A stretch of DNA of 64,000 nucleotides from Escherichia coli (GTDB taxonomy: Bacteria > Pseudomonadota > Gammaproteobacteria > Enterobacterales > Enterobacteriaceae): NCBI RefSeq assembly GCF_048403405.1, contig NZ_CP183131.1; one strand, 5' to 3'. Below are positions 1-9,174 of this stretch, piece by piece. Below the pieces are notes generated by a model. It was not told the origin of the DNA. It did no database searches and was given only the letters and a program-made list of their open reading frames with translations. The position numbers were made by a program, and so were the translations under genes. The stretch's first letter is position 1, and each line of letters begins with the position of its first letter.

Positions 1-1655
1 TCGCTTCGTTCACAGAGGTCAATCACTGAGCGACATGCCGGGGCGCTTTGAGGCTGCCCGTCAGTCACTACGATCAACATTTTTCGCTCTTCACGGGTCT
101 TGGTGAGTTCAAAAGCTGCATACCACATAGCTTCCGCCATAGGCGTACCGCCAGTTGCTTTGAACCCAAACCGACCGGCCCGATTCTGAACCGTATCTCC
201 ATGCTTCACGACACTGAACACTGGCTGGTTCCGGTTGCCACCAAAAAAGGTGACTGCCGGGTTTACGCCGGGTATTGCTTCCAGAGCCATCGAAATAGCC
301 AAGGACGCTTCCCGCGCAATGTCTTGACGCTCCTTTCCATTGGCGGCCTTGTAGGCCATCGAGGAGCTCATATCAACCAGGATGTGAACCGCCGTATTAG
401 GGCGTTTCTTGGCTTCCGGCTTGAGGAATACGCGGGTATCACCCGTCACTACACGATGTAGTTTCCGAGCATCCACACGCTTCCCTGATCGTTGGTTACG
501 GTGAGCAACTCGCTGGCTGGCCTGGACCAATCCGTAGAGCTGCGTTCTTATCTTTGAAGTGGTGCTCTTCACATCCCCTACCAGGCTTTTGCCAACAGCA
601 GGGTTGTCCTGGGTGTTCACAGCAGAGCGAACAGTCATATAGCTACTGTCCCCCTTATCTTGAGCCACCCGGTTGAGCTCGGCTTTAAGTGCATCATGCG
701 CGTCACCACGCAAATCACCGGCACCGGCATTCAGAACCTGCTGGAGCATTTTGGCCGCGTCTTGTTTCGCCGCGTCAGAATTGCCACCAGCCTGGCTTTG
801 TCCTGCCTTGCTGCCACCATCAGTATCCGACTTGCCTTGGTCGCCCTGTCCTTTCGGATCAGATTTCCCGTTAGCATCGTCTTGCTTCTGGTCTTTACCT
901 TGCTGATCACCACCATTGGCATCAGGCCCTTGGTTTTGATCGTTACCACTTCCGCCCTGACTGTTCTGAGGTTGGTTGCCACCAGCATTCTGCTGGTTGT
1001 TACCATCCTGACCATTCAGGGGCTTTTGCTCTTCTTTCTCCTTTTCCTCCTCGATCATCTTGATGATTTGGTCGGCCAAGGATGTCACCTCTGCGGTTGA
1101 CTTAGTGTTCACAGCCTTACGCAGTAAAGCGTTCAGCCGAACAACAACACCCTGAGGGAACACGCGCTCGAATACGGGGGTAGCCGAATCGAGATAGGGT
1201 TGAAGGACGGATTGCCCTACAGCCTTGGTTTGCAACCAGTACAAACAAAACCCTGTCAGAATGGAGGCAGGGGCCTCTTTGTCTGTGACGTGCTCGTAAT
1301 GACCAGCTTGAGCCATATAGCGAGCAACCTCATTCAGGGTCTGCGACGTACCGGGGAAGAGTTCCATCATGGCCCGTTCTATGCGGCAGTCCTCCAAAAC
1401 GTTGGACAACTCAGCATGAAGACCTCTGCGGCGCTCAACACCAAAGTCCGTAAACCGGACATGGGCTGCTTCATGGGCCAAATACCCCCAGACAGCATCC
1501 ATGTGAGGATAGTCGTCGGGGATATTCGGAACCACGATGGTCTTACCATCGGTGTATGCGTCATCGTTACCGATGGCGACTTTGACACCGAGTTTTTCAC
1601 CATAGGCTGCGGCCACGATTGGTAGAGCGCTGTAAATGGTGCGTTTTTTGGACAT
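1..1655 (-). CDS. vWA-domain protein (CobT-like partner of the CobS-like ATPase); 3' end runs off the window start
   Basis: Open minus-strand frame from ATG ~1655 (AGGAG 7 nt upstream) to position 1; absent from ORF track because no stop lies in the window. Hand translation of several stretches gives a Q/G/N/D-rich linker, then MIDAS-like VHILVDMSSS and VVTDGQPD. Confidence 0.7.
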   Translation of the reverse strand, partial: MSKKRTIYSALPIVAAAYGEKLGVKVAIGNDDAYTDGKTIVVPNIPDDYPHMDAVWGYLAHEAAHVRFTDFGVERRRGLHAELSNVLEDCRIERAMMELFPGTSQTLNEVARYMAQAGHYEHVTDKEAPASILTGFCLYWLQTKAVGQSVLQPYLDSATPVFERVFPQGVVVRLNALLRKAVNTKSTAEVTSLADQIIKMIEEEKEKEEQKPLNGQDGNNQQNAGGNQPQNSQGGSGNDQNQGPDANGGDQQGKDQKQDDANGKSDPKGQGDQGKSDTDGGSKAGQSQAGGNSDAAKQDAAKMLQQVLNAGAGDLRGDAHDALKAELNRVAQDKGDSSYMTVRSAVNTQDNPAVGKSLVGDVKSTTSKIRTQLYGLVQASQRVAHRNQRSGKRVDARKLHRVVTGDTRVFLKPEAKKRPNTAVHILVDMSSSMAYKAANGKERQDIAREASLAISMALEAIPGVNPAVTFFGGNRNQPVFSVVKHGDTVQNRAGRFGFKATGGTPMAEAMWYAAFELTKTREERKMLIVVTDGQPQSAPACRSVIDLCERS

Positions 1656-1739
1656 ATCTTTTCTCCTGGTAGGGAAGGAGATAGTCCACCCCTGGAGGGA
1701 ATGGCTATCCCCTCCGGGTCGGTTTAGTTGAAGTGACTA

Positions 1740-3017
1740 TTAGAAGAAATAGTCGCCATCGTCGTCAGTTTTAGGCAGCTCCTGGTTGAGAGGCTCCTCT
1801 GTCGGCTCCTCTTGGACAGGCTCTTGCTCTACCGGAGTTTCCTCAGGCAAAACCGGCTCATCCTCAACATCAACGCGCTCTTCTCGAACCACATCACCGG
1901 CATTGGATTCATCTTCCGATTCACCCTCGCCTCGTTCTGCAAAACTCTTGAAGAAGTTGTCGATGTCTTCATCCAGGTCAACAGCGTTACCACCGCTGTT
2001 AGTCTGTTCTGATTGAACAGATTCAGTACCACCTACCTGTTGCTGCTTGGTTTCGCCACCCTCTGTTGCAGGGATAAGCTCACCGGCTTTATCGCTTTTC
2101 TGTTCGGCCTTTTCATCTTTAGAACGGTCCCCCATCTGGGCTCCCGAACCGCCAATGTCATTAGCCATGCCCTCTACAGTAATCGAGCCATTGGCATACT
2201 GCTCGATGCGGTCCCTCTCGCTCATGATCAGCACTGCGGCCACGACCTGATAAAAGAAAGGCGCAACGATGTTTCGGCCATCGGCATGTTGCTCGTATCC
2301 CCGGAGGGTTTGGTCGAGCAGCTTGACCAGAGGGTTAAAAGCGCTGTTCAGGAAGCTAAGCCCATCCACCTTGTCGCGGATGTTACGGAGTGTCTGCCGA
2401 GTAGTGACCGCACATTGGTCTCGACCGGCCAAACGTTCCATATAGAACTTATTCGCTTCCTGAACCACTTCGGAGATGAGATCGTCACCCAAGCGCTCAA
2501 CCTTGCGGTTAAGGCGTTTGGCGTTGGCCTCATCTTCGTTCACAGGCTGGATCATGAACACCTGGTACTCAAAGCCAATCCGCTCCTCGACCGTTTCCTT
2601 TGGAAGGGCTCCGGCACGGATAGCTCGTTCATACTCAGGGTTCTCCTGACACCATTCATCCACGGCTTTGTTGTAACCTTTGATGAAATCCTGTTTCAGT
2701 TGGTTAAACTGAAAGTTTATGTCATTCAGCTTGTTACAGATTTCATCGGTCTTGCTGACGGGTACGGCAAATCCGTTCATGAACGGCATACCGAATTTCA
2801 GCAGGAGGCGACGAGTTTCTGTTTTCAGGCGATGAAAGCCTTTCAGCTTAGCCGGATCACAGATCTTCTTACTTCCCAGTTGAGCTACTTTCTCAGGTGG
2901 AATTTCACCACCCTCGCCCAGCTTGAGATCAGATGCAGACAAACGGGTTTGTCCACTCCAGATGTCAAAGTCTACGTGGATAACACAGAGGCTTTGTAGA
3001 TGGTTCACTTTAGTCAT
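1740..3017 (-). CDS. hypothetical protein with acidic C-terminal region ending DDDGDYFF
   Basis: ORF-track frame 1740..3029 uses a TTG; first ATG at ~3017 has GGAG 7-8 nt upstream. No recognisable catalytic motif. Confidence 0.6.
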   Translation of the reverse strand: MTKVNHLQSLCVIHVDFDIWSGQTRLSASDLKLGEGGEIPPEKVAQLGSKKICDPAKLKGFHRLKTETRRLLLKFGMPFMNGFAVPVSKTDEICNKLNDINFQFNQLKQDFIKGYNKAVDEWCQENPEYERAIRAGALPKETVEERIGFEYQVFMIQPVNEDEANAKRLNRKVERLGDDLISEVVQEANKFYMERLAGRDQCAVTTRQTLRNIRDKVDGLSFLNSAFNPLVKLLDQTLRGYEQHADGRNIVAPFFYQVVAAVLIMSERDRIEQYANGSITVEGMANDIGGSGAQMGDRSKDEKAEQKSDKAGELIPATEGGETKQQQVGGTESVQSEQTNSGGNAVDLDEDIDNFFKSFAERGEGESEDESNAGDVVREERVDVEDEPVLPEETPVEQEPVQEEPTEEPLNQELPKTDDDGDYFF

Positions 3018-3039
3018 GATGCACTCCAAAAAGTTGGGG

Positions 3040-3159
3040 GCGCACCACGTCCCGAACCGGGCGGATGCGCCCGGTTGGGCTAGTAAATTAACGTTAATTT
3101 GCTGTTTGTTTTTGGCGACCAGCTATCGCACTTTTCGCTCTCCGAAGAGAACAAAATCT
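3040..3159. repeat. 120-bp direct repeat copy A (hairpin AACCGGGCG-N4-CGCCCGGTT plus palindrome AATTAACGTTAATT), ~25-35 nt upstream of the 1740..3017 gene start
   Basis: Matches 7875..7994 over the full 120 bp by eye. Confidence 0.85.
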
Positions 3160-3216
3160 TGCTTTCCGTTGGAGACTCCCAGAATCCCCAAGGGAAAGCG
3201 GGGGAAAATCCCCCAC

Positions 3217-4227
3217 TCACCAGTAGAACGTCTCTACTTCTTCCGGCAAATCATCAAGAGGAGCAAGCACGTCCTCATCAACAATGTACCGTGGCTTCAC
3301 AGAGCCAGTAACCGTTACACGGCACCGCTCTGATGACTTCTCTCTGTACTGGTCAACATCCTCAGGCTTCACGCCTGACGCCTTATCAGCCAACAGCTTT
3401 TTGTAGTCTACCCGGCCAGCCGCTTTGTATCTCGTTACCATCACACCGCAGTAGTCGGCATGGAAGTATTCCCCCATGAGGGACTTCATGGTGTCGAGAT
3501 GAGGCTTTTGCCTTTCTTGAAGCTCAGACAGTCGCTGTTTCAGCTCCTGAATCTCAGCATCATAGAGGCGGTATTCCTCAGCAGCAGCAATCCAACGGTT
3601 GACCTCTTCACCTTGCGGTATGTACAGGTCTCTCTCTGGATCTTTGTCGGGCTCCTTCTTGTCTACTACCTGTTGCCAGAACTTTTTAGCCTCGGCCAAG
3701 ATTTCTTGAATCATGGCTTCGTCTCGGAGTATTGGAAACTCCTGAATCTGACCTTCAAAGTAGAAGACTAACCAGCCTTGCTTGGCCCCCGTTACCAGGA
3801 GCTGGTGTTGCACCTGCGGGTAATAAAGCTGGTATGCCTTGCTGTTTGCTTTCTCAGCACAAACATCTTCCCAGACAGTCGCACTCGGGCTTTTCAGCTC
3901 GACGGGCTCCCCGTTATCTCTCAGGCCATCCAGGGAGGCCCTCATGAGCGGGTATTGAACCGATTCGACACAGGCGGGGAGCAGCATGTCATCATACTTC
4001 TCCTCGAAAGCGCGTCTTGCAGCATCTTCGTTTTCTATCCCCCGGCGAACCAGCGGATTAAGACTCAGATCGACTTCACGCGCATACCCAGTCTTCTCGG
4101 CCCACAGTCTCCATCGTGTTTTGTACGGAGACCGATTGAGCAGGATAGCGGCGTCAGTGGCTGTTACACCTTGACGCCGCCAATCAAGCCAATCTTCCTC
4201 TCGTTGCGATAGGTTGACTATTTTCAT
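3217..4227 (-). CDS. exo: lambda Exo / YqaJ-like 5'-3' exonuclease
   Basis: 336-aa product resembles lambda exonuclease family; GGAGAGAGG before ATG; sits directly downstream of bet. Confidence 0.8.
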   Translation of the reverse strand: MKIVNLSQREEDWLDWRRQGVTATDAAILLNRSPYKTRWRLWAEKTGYAREVDLSLNPLVRRGIENEDAARRAFEEKYDDMLLPACVESVQYPLMRASLDGLRDNGEPVELKSPSATVWEDVCAEKANSKAYQLYYPQVQHQLLVTGAKQGWLVFYFEGQIQEFPILRDEAMIQEILAEAKKFWQQVVDKKEPDKDPERDLYIPQGEEVNRWIAAAEEYRLYDAEIQELKQRLSELQERQKPHLDTMKSLMGEYFHADYCGVMVTRYKAAGRVDYKKLLADKASGVKPEDVDQYREKSSERCRVTVTGSVKPRYIVDEDVLAPLDDLPEEVETFYW

Positions 4228-4289
4228 GGACCTCTCTCCAATGGTTAGGAGGGAGATCTCCCCCAGCGGGGGAGTCCCCCCCGTTGGGG

Positions 4290-5279
4290 TTAGTAGTAAC
4301 TGCCTTCCGCGCCCTCCTCTTCTGTAACAGGGATCATGTCCTCGTCACTCAAAGGCGGCATTTCTTCGGCACCAGGTTCAGCATTTGCAGAACCACCAGC
4401 GGCGGACTCTTGCTCGTGCGCTTCCTGGTAGTCAGGTTTCGGAGGCTCCATTTGATCCATCTCCTTGTCACGAAGGAATTGAGTCGCATATTGCAGTTCC
4501 GAACCTTCATACCGTCCCTTCACATACTCATGCGCCGCAGACCATGCGTTTTCAGCAATGGCGCGATTTGCGAGTTTGGTTAGGATCGGGTCAAGCTCTT
4601 TGTGCTCAATAGCCAAAGGCTCTTGGCTTTGAACTTGAGATGGTGAAGGGAGATTGGCAATAGCCGGGTTAATGGCCGATGCCTGCTCCATTTCACGGAT
4701 GCGTTCAGCTTCATCCTGGTCATAAATACCAGAGAAACCAAATGCGACACGAGAACACTGGATCAGCGACTTGTGCCGGAGTTGACGCTTGGTGTGCGTT
4801 TGCCAGGGGCCATCAACAGTGTAAGCACCATTGCGACCTTGACCCTGAAACGGTTCACGGTACACCTCATCAATGAACTCCTTGATGCGGATAGGGCGAG
4901 ATCTGTCCTTACGGTAAATCACGCATTCAATCCACTCAGGGCAGTCAACTTTCGCCCCCTGCATTCTGACCATCTTGTCCGAATACACGAACTCGACGCC
5001 ATCATACTGGGGATGCTCGTTGATGATGCGGCTCCAACCATCAACACCTACTACCGGAATGATCCCATTTTGCTTGTCAGGAAACGCATAGATTTCCCGA
5101 GTGAAAGGGTTCAAACCGTACTGTTCAGCCACGATCAGGAGCGTCATCATCTGCTCATCGGTCGGGGCACTTCCATCTCGCTGCTTGAATGCGGTCGCCT
5201 TCAAAGTTTCATAGAACTTTCGGGTGTCCACGCCAAACCGGCTTGCGATACGGGTTACAAGAGATTTGTTATCAGACAT
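4290..5279 (-). CDS. bet: Bet / RecT-family single-strand annealing protein
   Basis: Strong similarity to lambda Bet (LIVAEQYGLNP, EIYAFPDKQNGIIPVVGVDGWSRIINE, RQLRHKSLIQCSRVAFGF). Start moved to internal ATG with GGAG RBS. Confidence 0.9.
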   Translation of the reverse strand: MSDNKSLVTRIASRFGVDTRKFYETLKATAFKQRDGSAPTDEQMMTLLIVAEQYGLNPFTREIYAFPDKQNGIIPVVGVDGWSRIINEHPQYDGVEFVYSDKMVRMQGAKVDCPEWIECVIYRKDRSRPIRIKEFIDEVYREPFQGQGRNGAYTVDGPWQTHTKRQLRHKSLIQCSRVAFGFSGIYDQDEAERIREMEQASAINPAIANLPSPSQVQSQEPLAIEHKELDPILTKLANRAIAENAWSAAHEYVKGRYEGSELQYATQFLRDKEMDQMEPPKPDYQEAHEQESAAGGSANAEPGAEEMPPLSDEDMIPVTEEEGAEGSYY

Positions 5280-5373
5280 GGTGTTTCTCCAATTCACGAA
5301 TGAACGGTTTGAGGACACCATGACCCCCTCGGGGCATGAGTGCCCCCGTGGGGTTTAGTAAGAGTTGGCGGTG

Positions 5374-5901
5374 TTACCCGCCAGCCAAGTGGTGCAGCCG
5401 CATGAACGGGATGTCATCATCCCAGCCATCAGGAGCGGGACCATAGCCTCCGCCCATACCACCTTGCGGTGCTGATTGCTGCACAGGAGCAGATTGCGTA
5501 CCGGCTCCTGTACGTTGCCCTTTTTGGGGCGCTGCACGTTGAGAGTTGTCCTGAGGTGCATTTCCACGACCACCAAGCATCTGCATTTCAACGCAGTGTA
5601 CTTCGGTGGTGTAGCGCTCGATTTGTTGGCTGTCAGTCCACTTCCGGGTGCGGTTGCTCCCTTCGAGATAGACTTGGGAGCCCTTTTTCAGGTACTCACC
5701 AGCGACTTCTGCCAAACGACCTTTAAGCACAATACGGTGCCACTCAGTATGCTCTCTTTGCTCGCCAGACTGCTTATCGCGCCACGTATCCGTTGTTGCA
5801 ACGTTGAAGTTGGCAACGGCAGTTCCGCTTGGCATGTAGCGAATTTCCGGGTCAGAACCGAGATTACCGACCAGAATTACTTTGTTGACGCCTTTAGACA
5901 T
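5374..5901 (-). CDS. ssb: single-stranded DNA-binding protein
   Basis: OB-fold N-terminus ([22 protein letters not shown]), glycine-rich linker, canonical C-terminal tip DDDIPF. Confidence 0.9.
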   Translation of the reverse strand: MSKGVNKVILVGNLGSDPEIRYMPSGTAVANFNVATTDTWRDKQSGEQREHTEWHRIVLKGRLAEVAGEYLKKGSQVYLEGSNRTRKWTDSQQIERYTTEVHCVEMQMLGGRGNAPQDNSQRAAPQKGQRTGAGTQSAPVQQSAPQGGMGGGYGPAPDGWDDDIPFMRLHHLAGG

Positions 5902-5964
5902 CATGACCTCCAAGTTATTTGGAGAGGGCCAACGCCCCTTTCGGGGAGCAAGCCCCCGTAAGGG

Positions 5965-6873
5965 TTAAAAAAAGTGATCCTCTTGTTCGGCGTCGATCTC
6001 TGCCAGGCGAATCAGCTCAGATACAAGGCCAAGCCTTTCTGCATCTGCTCTTACTTCGTCGTAGCTGAAACCAAACCGTTCAATGAGGGGTTTTAGTGAA
6101 TCAAAACGCTCGTAGTCGAAGGTATCACCCTGTTCATCACAGAATGCCACCAGCGGCTTCTCTACGTTTGAAAAGTCATCCGCGAAACGCTGTTGCAGGT
6201 AAACCAACATCAGCAGGGGTTTGTGACCATGTTCCGGGCGGAGTTCACCAGCGCCTTCCAGCGTAGCTGGATGGATAGTGTTTTCGCCTAGTCCAGTGCT
6301 AACCCCAAGCTCATAACCGCTGTCAGTACGCATCAGCACACTGGGTAGCAAGTCATTTGAGCCTTCGCTCCGAGCAACCTCAAAGCCGATTAAACCGGCT
6401 CCTTTGGCAAAAACCCCAGCAACAAAACCTTTGAAGAGGTTTATGTCACCTGGAGGTAACTCAGAGGGCGGAGATAACAGCCAGTTGAGAGATCCCAAGC
6501 TGGCTGTTTGTCCGGCTGAAACATTCCCCCCTTCCAGCACCGTCTGTGTCTCTGCGTTTACCAGCACCTCATCCAGAAAGGTGTACCCCTGGCTGAGAAA
6601 CTGTGACACATACTGGCTTTCTTTGTCCTTGTAGGACATTGGGATCGTGTCTGGGCCGTTAGCTTCAAAAGGTCCTTCGAGCTTTGTCTCAGACCAATTT
6701 TCAGCTTTCCCATCAGTGACGGTTCGGCGTAGCTCGACCATCGTGAATTGGCCTGGCTCCGAGGAGCTGGGCTCCCGGAGCAACTTGTAGCCAATGAAGA
6801 CTTCTATTGTGGTTTCGTCATTGCCCCACTCTTTAGCAGTGTAACGACGGCACAAACAGTCATTTTTCTTCAT
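5965..6873 (-). CDS. hypothetical protein, C-terminus EQEDHFF
   Basis: 302-aa ORF packed between cobS-like gene and ssb on the same strand. Confidence 0.55.
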   Translation of the reverse strand: MKKNDCLCRRYTAKEWGNDETTIEVFIGYKLLREPSSSEPGQFTMVELRRTVTDGKAENWSETKLEGPFEANGPDTIPMSYKDKESQYVSQFLSQGYTFLDEVLVNAETQTVLEGGNVSAGQTASLGSLNWLLSPPSELPPGDINLFKGFVAGVFAKGAGLIGFEVARSEGSNDLLPSVLMRTDSGYELGVSTGLGENTIHPATLEGAGELRPEHGHKPLLMLVYLQQRFADDFSNVEKPLVAFCDEQGDTFDYERFDSLKPLIERFGFSYDEVRADAERLGLVSELIRLAEIDAEQEDHFF

Positions 6874-6883
6874 GCGTCACCCC

Positions 6884-7852
6884 TTAGCGCCATTGGTCCC
6901 CGAACACATCCTTCGCAACACGCAGGATGGCTTCACGCTCCTCTTTGGCCGCACGGATAAGCAGAGCTTGATCCAGGGCGTATTCAAGAGCATTTGGGGC
7001 ACCACGGAACGCTAGAGACAGTTTCGCCCAACGCACCAACGTCCGAGTGGACATGGTGACGCTGATCTGACCATCTTCACCGTTTTCGCCAAGAAACAGT
7101 TTGCGGACCTGATTAGCAATCCGAACCATTCCCTTCCGCACATTTTCCGGAAGTTTCGGAGTAACACGGCCAAGAATGCTGAGTTCAGCTTCCTCATCCG
7201 CATACCCTACTTTGGTGAAACGATAGCGATCCATAGCTGCGAGGTTCTGCATCATCACCCCCTGGTACAAACCAGAAGCATCACCGGACCCCGTAGAGTT
7301 ACCAGTAACGACCACACGAAACATCGGGTGCGGCTTGATGATTTCCCCGCCATTCTGAGCGATCACAAGGGGACGCCCTTCAAGGACATCGTTGAGACCA
7401 GCCAGCTCGGCAGGGTCGGCCAAATCCACCTCGTTGATGAGGAGCAGATGACCTTCACGCATAGCGACTGCCAGAGGTCCATACATGAACTTCATGACAG
7501 GTGGTTGACCAGGCTTTTCCGCGACCAGAGCGTGATGTCCAATCAGATCTGTCAGCTCCATCCGCCCGTGGGCAGTGATTTGCTGAACAGGCCAGTTGAG
7601 ACGACCAGCGATCTCGGTGATACCTGAGGTTTTGCCAGACCCGGTAGGGCCGGTTACGAACAATGCGTCACCGCCAGGCTCTTTGAGATAGGCCAAGACC
7701 TCTCGCAGAAACTCTTTGCGGAAAACGTAGTTGGTATCAGTGGCAGGGATGAAAGGGTTTGAACCGTCAGCGTAGCCGATGGCCGTTACCTTCTCCGGAA
7801 TGCTGGGCATACCGAAAACCTTGCTTACTGAGAATTGAGAGTATTGAGACAT
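6884..7852 (-). CDS. CobS-like / MoxR-type AAA+ ATPase
   Basis: Walker A GPTGSGKTS; Walker B-like LLLINEVD; AGGAG 7 nt before ATG. Confidence 0.8.
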   Translation of the reverse strand: MSQYSQFSVSKVFGMPSIPEKVTAIGYADGSNPFIPATDTNYVFRKEFLREVLAYLKEPGGDALFVTGPTGSGKTSGITEIAGRLNWPVQQITAHGRMELTDLIGHHALVAEKPGQPPVMKFMYGPLAVAMREGHLLLINEVDLADPAELAGLNDVLEGRPLVIAQNGGEIIKPHPMFRVVVTGNSTGSGDASGLYQGVMMQNLAAMDRYRFTKVGYADEEAELSILGRVTPKLPENVRKGMVRIANQVRKLFLGENGEDGQISVTMSTRTLVRWAKLSLAFRGAPNALEYALDQALLIRAAKEEREAILRVAKDVFGDQWR

Positions 7853-7874
7853 AGGTGCGCTCCTATTGTGACAG

Positions 7875-7994
7875 GCGCACCACGTCCCGAACCGGGCGGA
7901 TGCGCCCGGTTGGGCTAGTAAATTAACGTTAATTTGCTGTTTGTTTTTGGCGACCAGCTATCGCACTTTTCGCTCTCCGAAGAGAACAAAATCT
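7875..7994. repeat. 120-bp direct repeat copy B, immediately upstream of the cobS-like gene start
   Basis: Identical by eye to 3040..3159. Confidence 0.85.
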
Positions 7995-8071
7995 GCTTAC
8001 TGATGGTATTCACCATGAGTAAGAAGACTTTTAAGGAGCGAGGAGAGTAGCCTCTCCTGGAGGCCACTCCC

Positions 8072-8323
8072 TCAATGGACGAACATCACCACATCGTCGT
8101 TTTGACCAATGACCCCGGTTTCTTTGGCCCACTTCACTGCTTCACTGTGCGCCTGGTAGGAGCTGGAATACAGTTTCGGATCAAATTTCACCTCGCGTCC
8201 ATCAGCCAGATAGATGATGCCTGCGTGATCGTCGTAAACATGAAGATTCTGTTGCATTCGACATTCCCCCTGTAGCTTGTCGTCAAAGCCAACTGACACC
8301 AGAAGACTTTGAGGACAAGCCAC
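8072..8323 (-). CDS. hypothetical small protein (83 aa)
   Basis: ORF only; position between repeat copy B and upstream small genes. Confidence 0.4.
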   Translation of the reverse strand: MACPQSLLVSVGFDDKLQGECRMQQNLHVYDDHAGIIYLADGREVKFDPKLYSSSYQAHSEAVKWAKETGVIGQNDDVVMFVH

Positions 8324-8370
8324 AGAGGCTTGACCAGAAAGAGAGGGGTTGCCCCCTCCCTTTGCGTTGA

Positions 8371-8466
8371 CTATCAGCAGTAACCGAACGATTCAGCGAT
8401 TCTCACGAAAGGACGAGAGATTGCCCAACCAGTAGGGATACACAAAGCGATGATAGCGATTTCCAT
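8371..8466 (-). CDS. possible small hydrophobic peptide (31 aa, MEIAIIALCIPTGW...)
   Basis: ATG preceded by AGGAGCAACATC, nearly identical to the initiation region of the 8561..8881 gene, and placed right after a terminator hairpin; below ORF-track size cutoff. Confidence 0.3.
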
Positions 8467-8487
8467 GATGTTGCTCCTAAGCAAAAA

Positions 8488-8520
8488 GGGGCAACATCCC
8501 CGTCGGGGTATGGTTGCCCC
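8488..8520 (-). terminator. rho-independent terminator-like hairpin (GGGGCAAC...GTTGCCCC + U-run on minus strand)
   Basis: Inverted repeat followed by T-run on the coding (minus) strand, just downstream of the 8561 stop. Confidence 0.5.
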
Positions 8521-8560
8521 GATGGGTTTGAAAGTGTCGAAGATTACTCAGCGACAGTTA

Positions 8561-8881
8561 TTACCAAACAAGTTCCTTGCCCTTACGAAGGTAAGTCGGG
8601 ATTTCGAGATAATCCCAGTCAGGTTCTTGTTTAGCGACTTCTTGAACTTGAGTTACCTCAGGTTCAACGACTGCTTTGGCTTGTTCAGCCTTGGCAGCAC
8701 GTTCTTTGATGACGGCCTGTACAGACCGCATTGCAGGAACTGCGAATTTGTTCCAAAGGAACAAACCGATACGCTGGAACACTTTAGCGAGAACGATGAA
8801 GGAAAAAGCAAATGCCTTCGCGCCTACGTACAGTGCGCCCAGAGATGCAAGCAGAACTACAATGAAAGTGATGATGTGCAT
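8561..8881 (-). CDS. small membrane protein whose C-terminus (EPDWDYLEIPTYLRKGKELVW) mimics the conserved FtsZ C-terminal peptide
   Basis: N-terminal hydrophobic segment IITFIVVLLASLGALYVGAKAFAFSFIVLA; AGGAG 7 nt before ATG; tail matches E. coli FtsZ ...EPDYLDIPAFLRKQAD. Confidence 0.65.
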   Translation of the reverse strand: MHIITFIVVLLASLGALYVGAKAFAFSFIVLAKVFQRIGLFLWNKFAVPAMRSVQAVIKERAAKAEQAKAVVEPEVTQVQEVAKQEPDWDYLEIPTYLRKGKELVW

Positions 8882-9078
8882 GGTGTTGCTCCTATGTAAA
8901 AAAACAGGGGCAACACCCGAAAACCGGGAGAAGCCCCCGGCTTGGGGTTAAGTAATGCCATACGGCATAAGACTAGATGCTGTTTGTTTTCGGAGACCAG
9001 CTATCTCACCTATAGCCGCAGAGCGACTAAGATGATTCAAATATAGCTCACCTTTGCTAAACAGAAAACGCTGTAACT

Positions 9079-9093
9079 GTCCATTTTGGGCAC
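9079..9093. promoter_or_regulatory. GCCCAWTTTGGRCA-type box (candidate AcaCD/SetCD-like activator site)
   Basis: GTCCATTTTGGGCAC preceded by CTGT; one of five similar boxes. Confidence 0.45.
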
Positions 9094-9174
9094 TTCGAGA
9101 GGTCAGGTTACAGATTGACCGCATTTATCCTTTCCAGTGCGTTTATCTGTACCTCAAATTTAGGAGTATCTCTA

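Noticed and set aside
48-1100. Plus-strand ORFs 48..461, 660..1100 and neighbours
   Set aside because: Antisense to the open minus-strand vWA frame; low-complexity L/V/I/T-rich translations are the mirror of its Q/G/N/D-rich linker.
2013-2999. 328-aa plus-strand ORF
   Set aside because: Antisense to the 1740..3017 gene, which has an RBS and fits the minus-strand operon; no motifs.
1-7852. ssb-bet-exo module as part of an integrated prophage
   Set aside because: No capsid, terminase, tail or lysis genes in the window; the module is directly adjacent to conjugation genes.
3040-7994. 120-bp repeats as a CRISPR array
   Set aside because: Only two full copies, 4.7 kb apart, in promoter positions; no regular spacer spacing and no cas genes.
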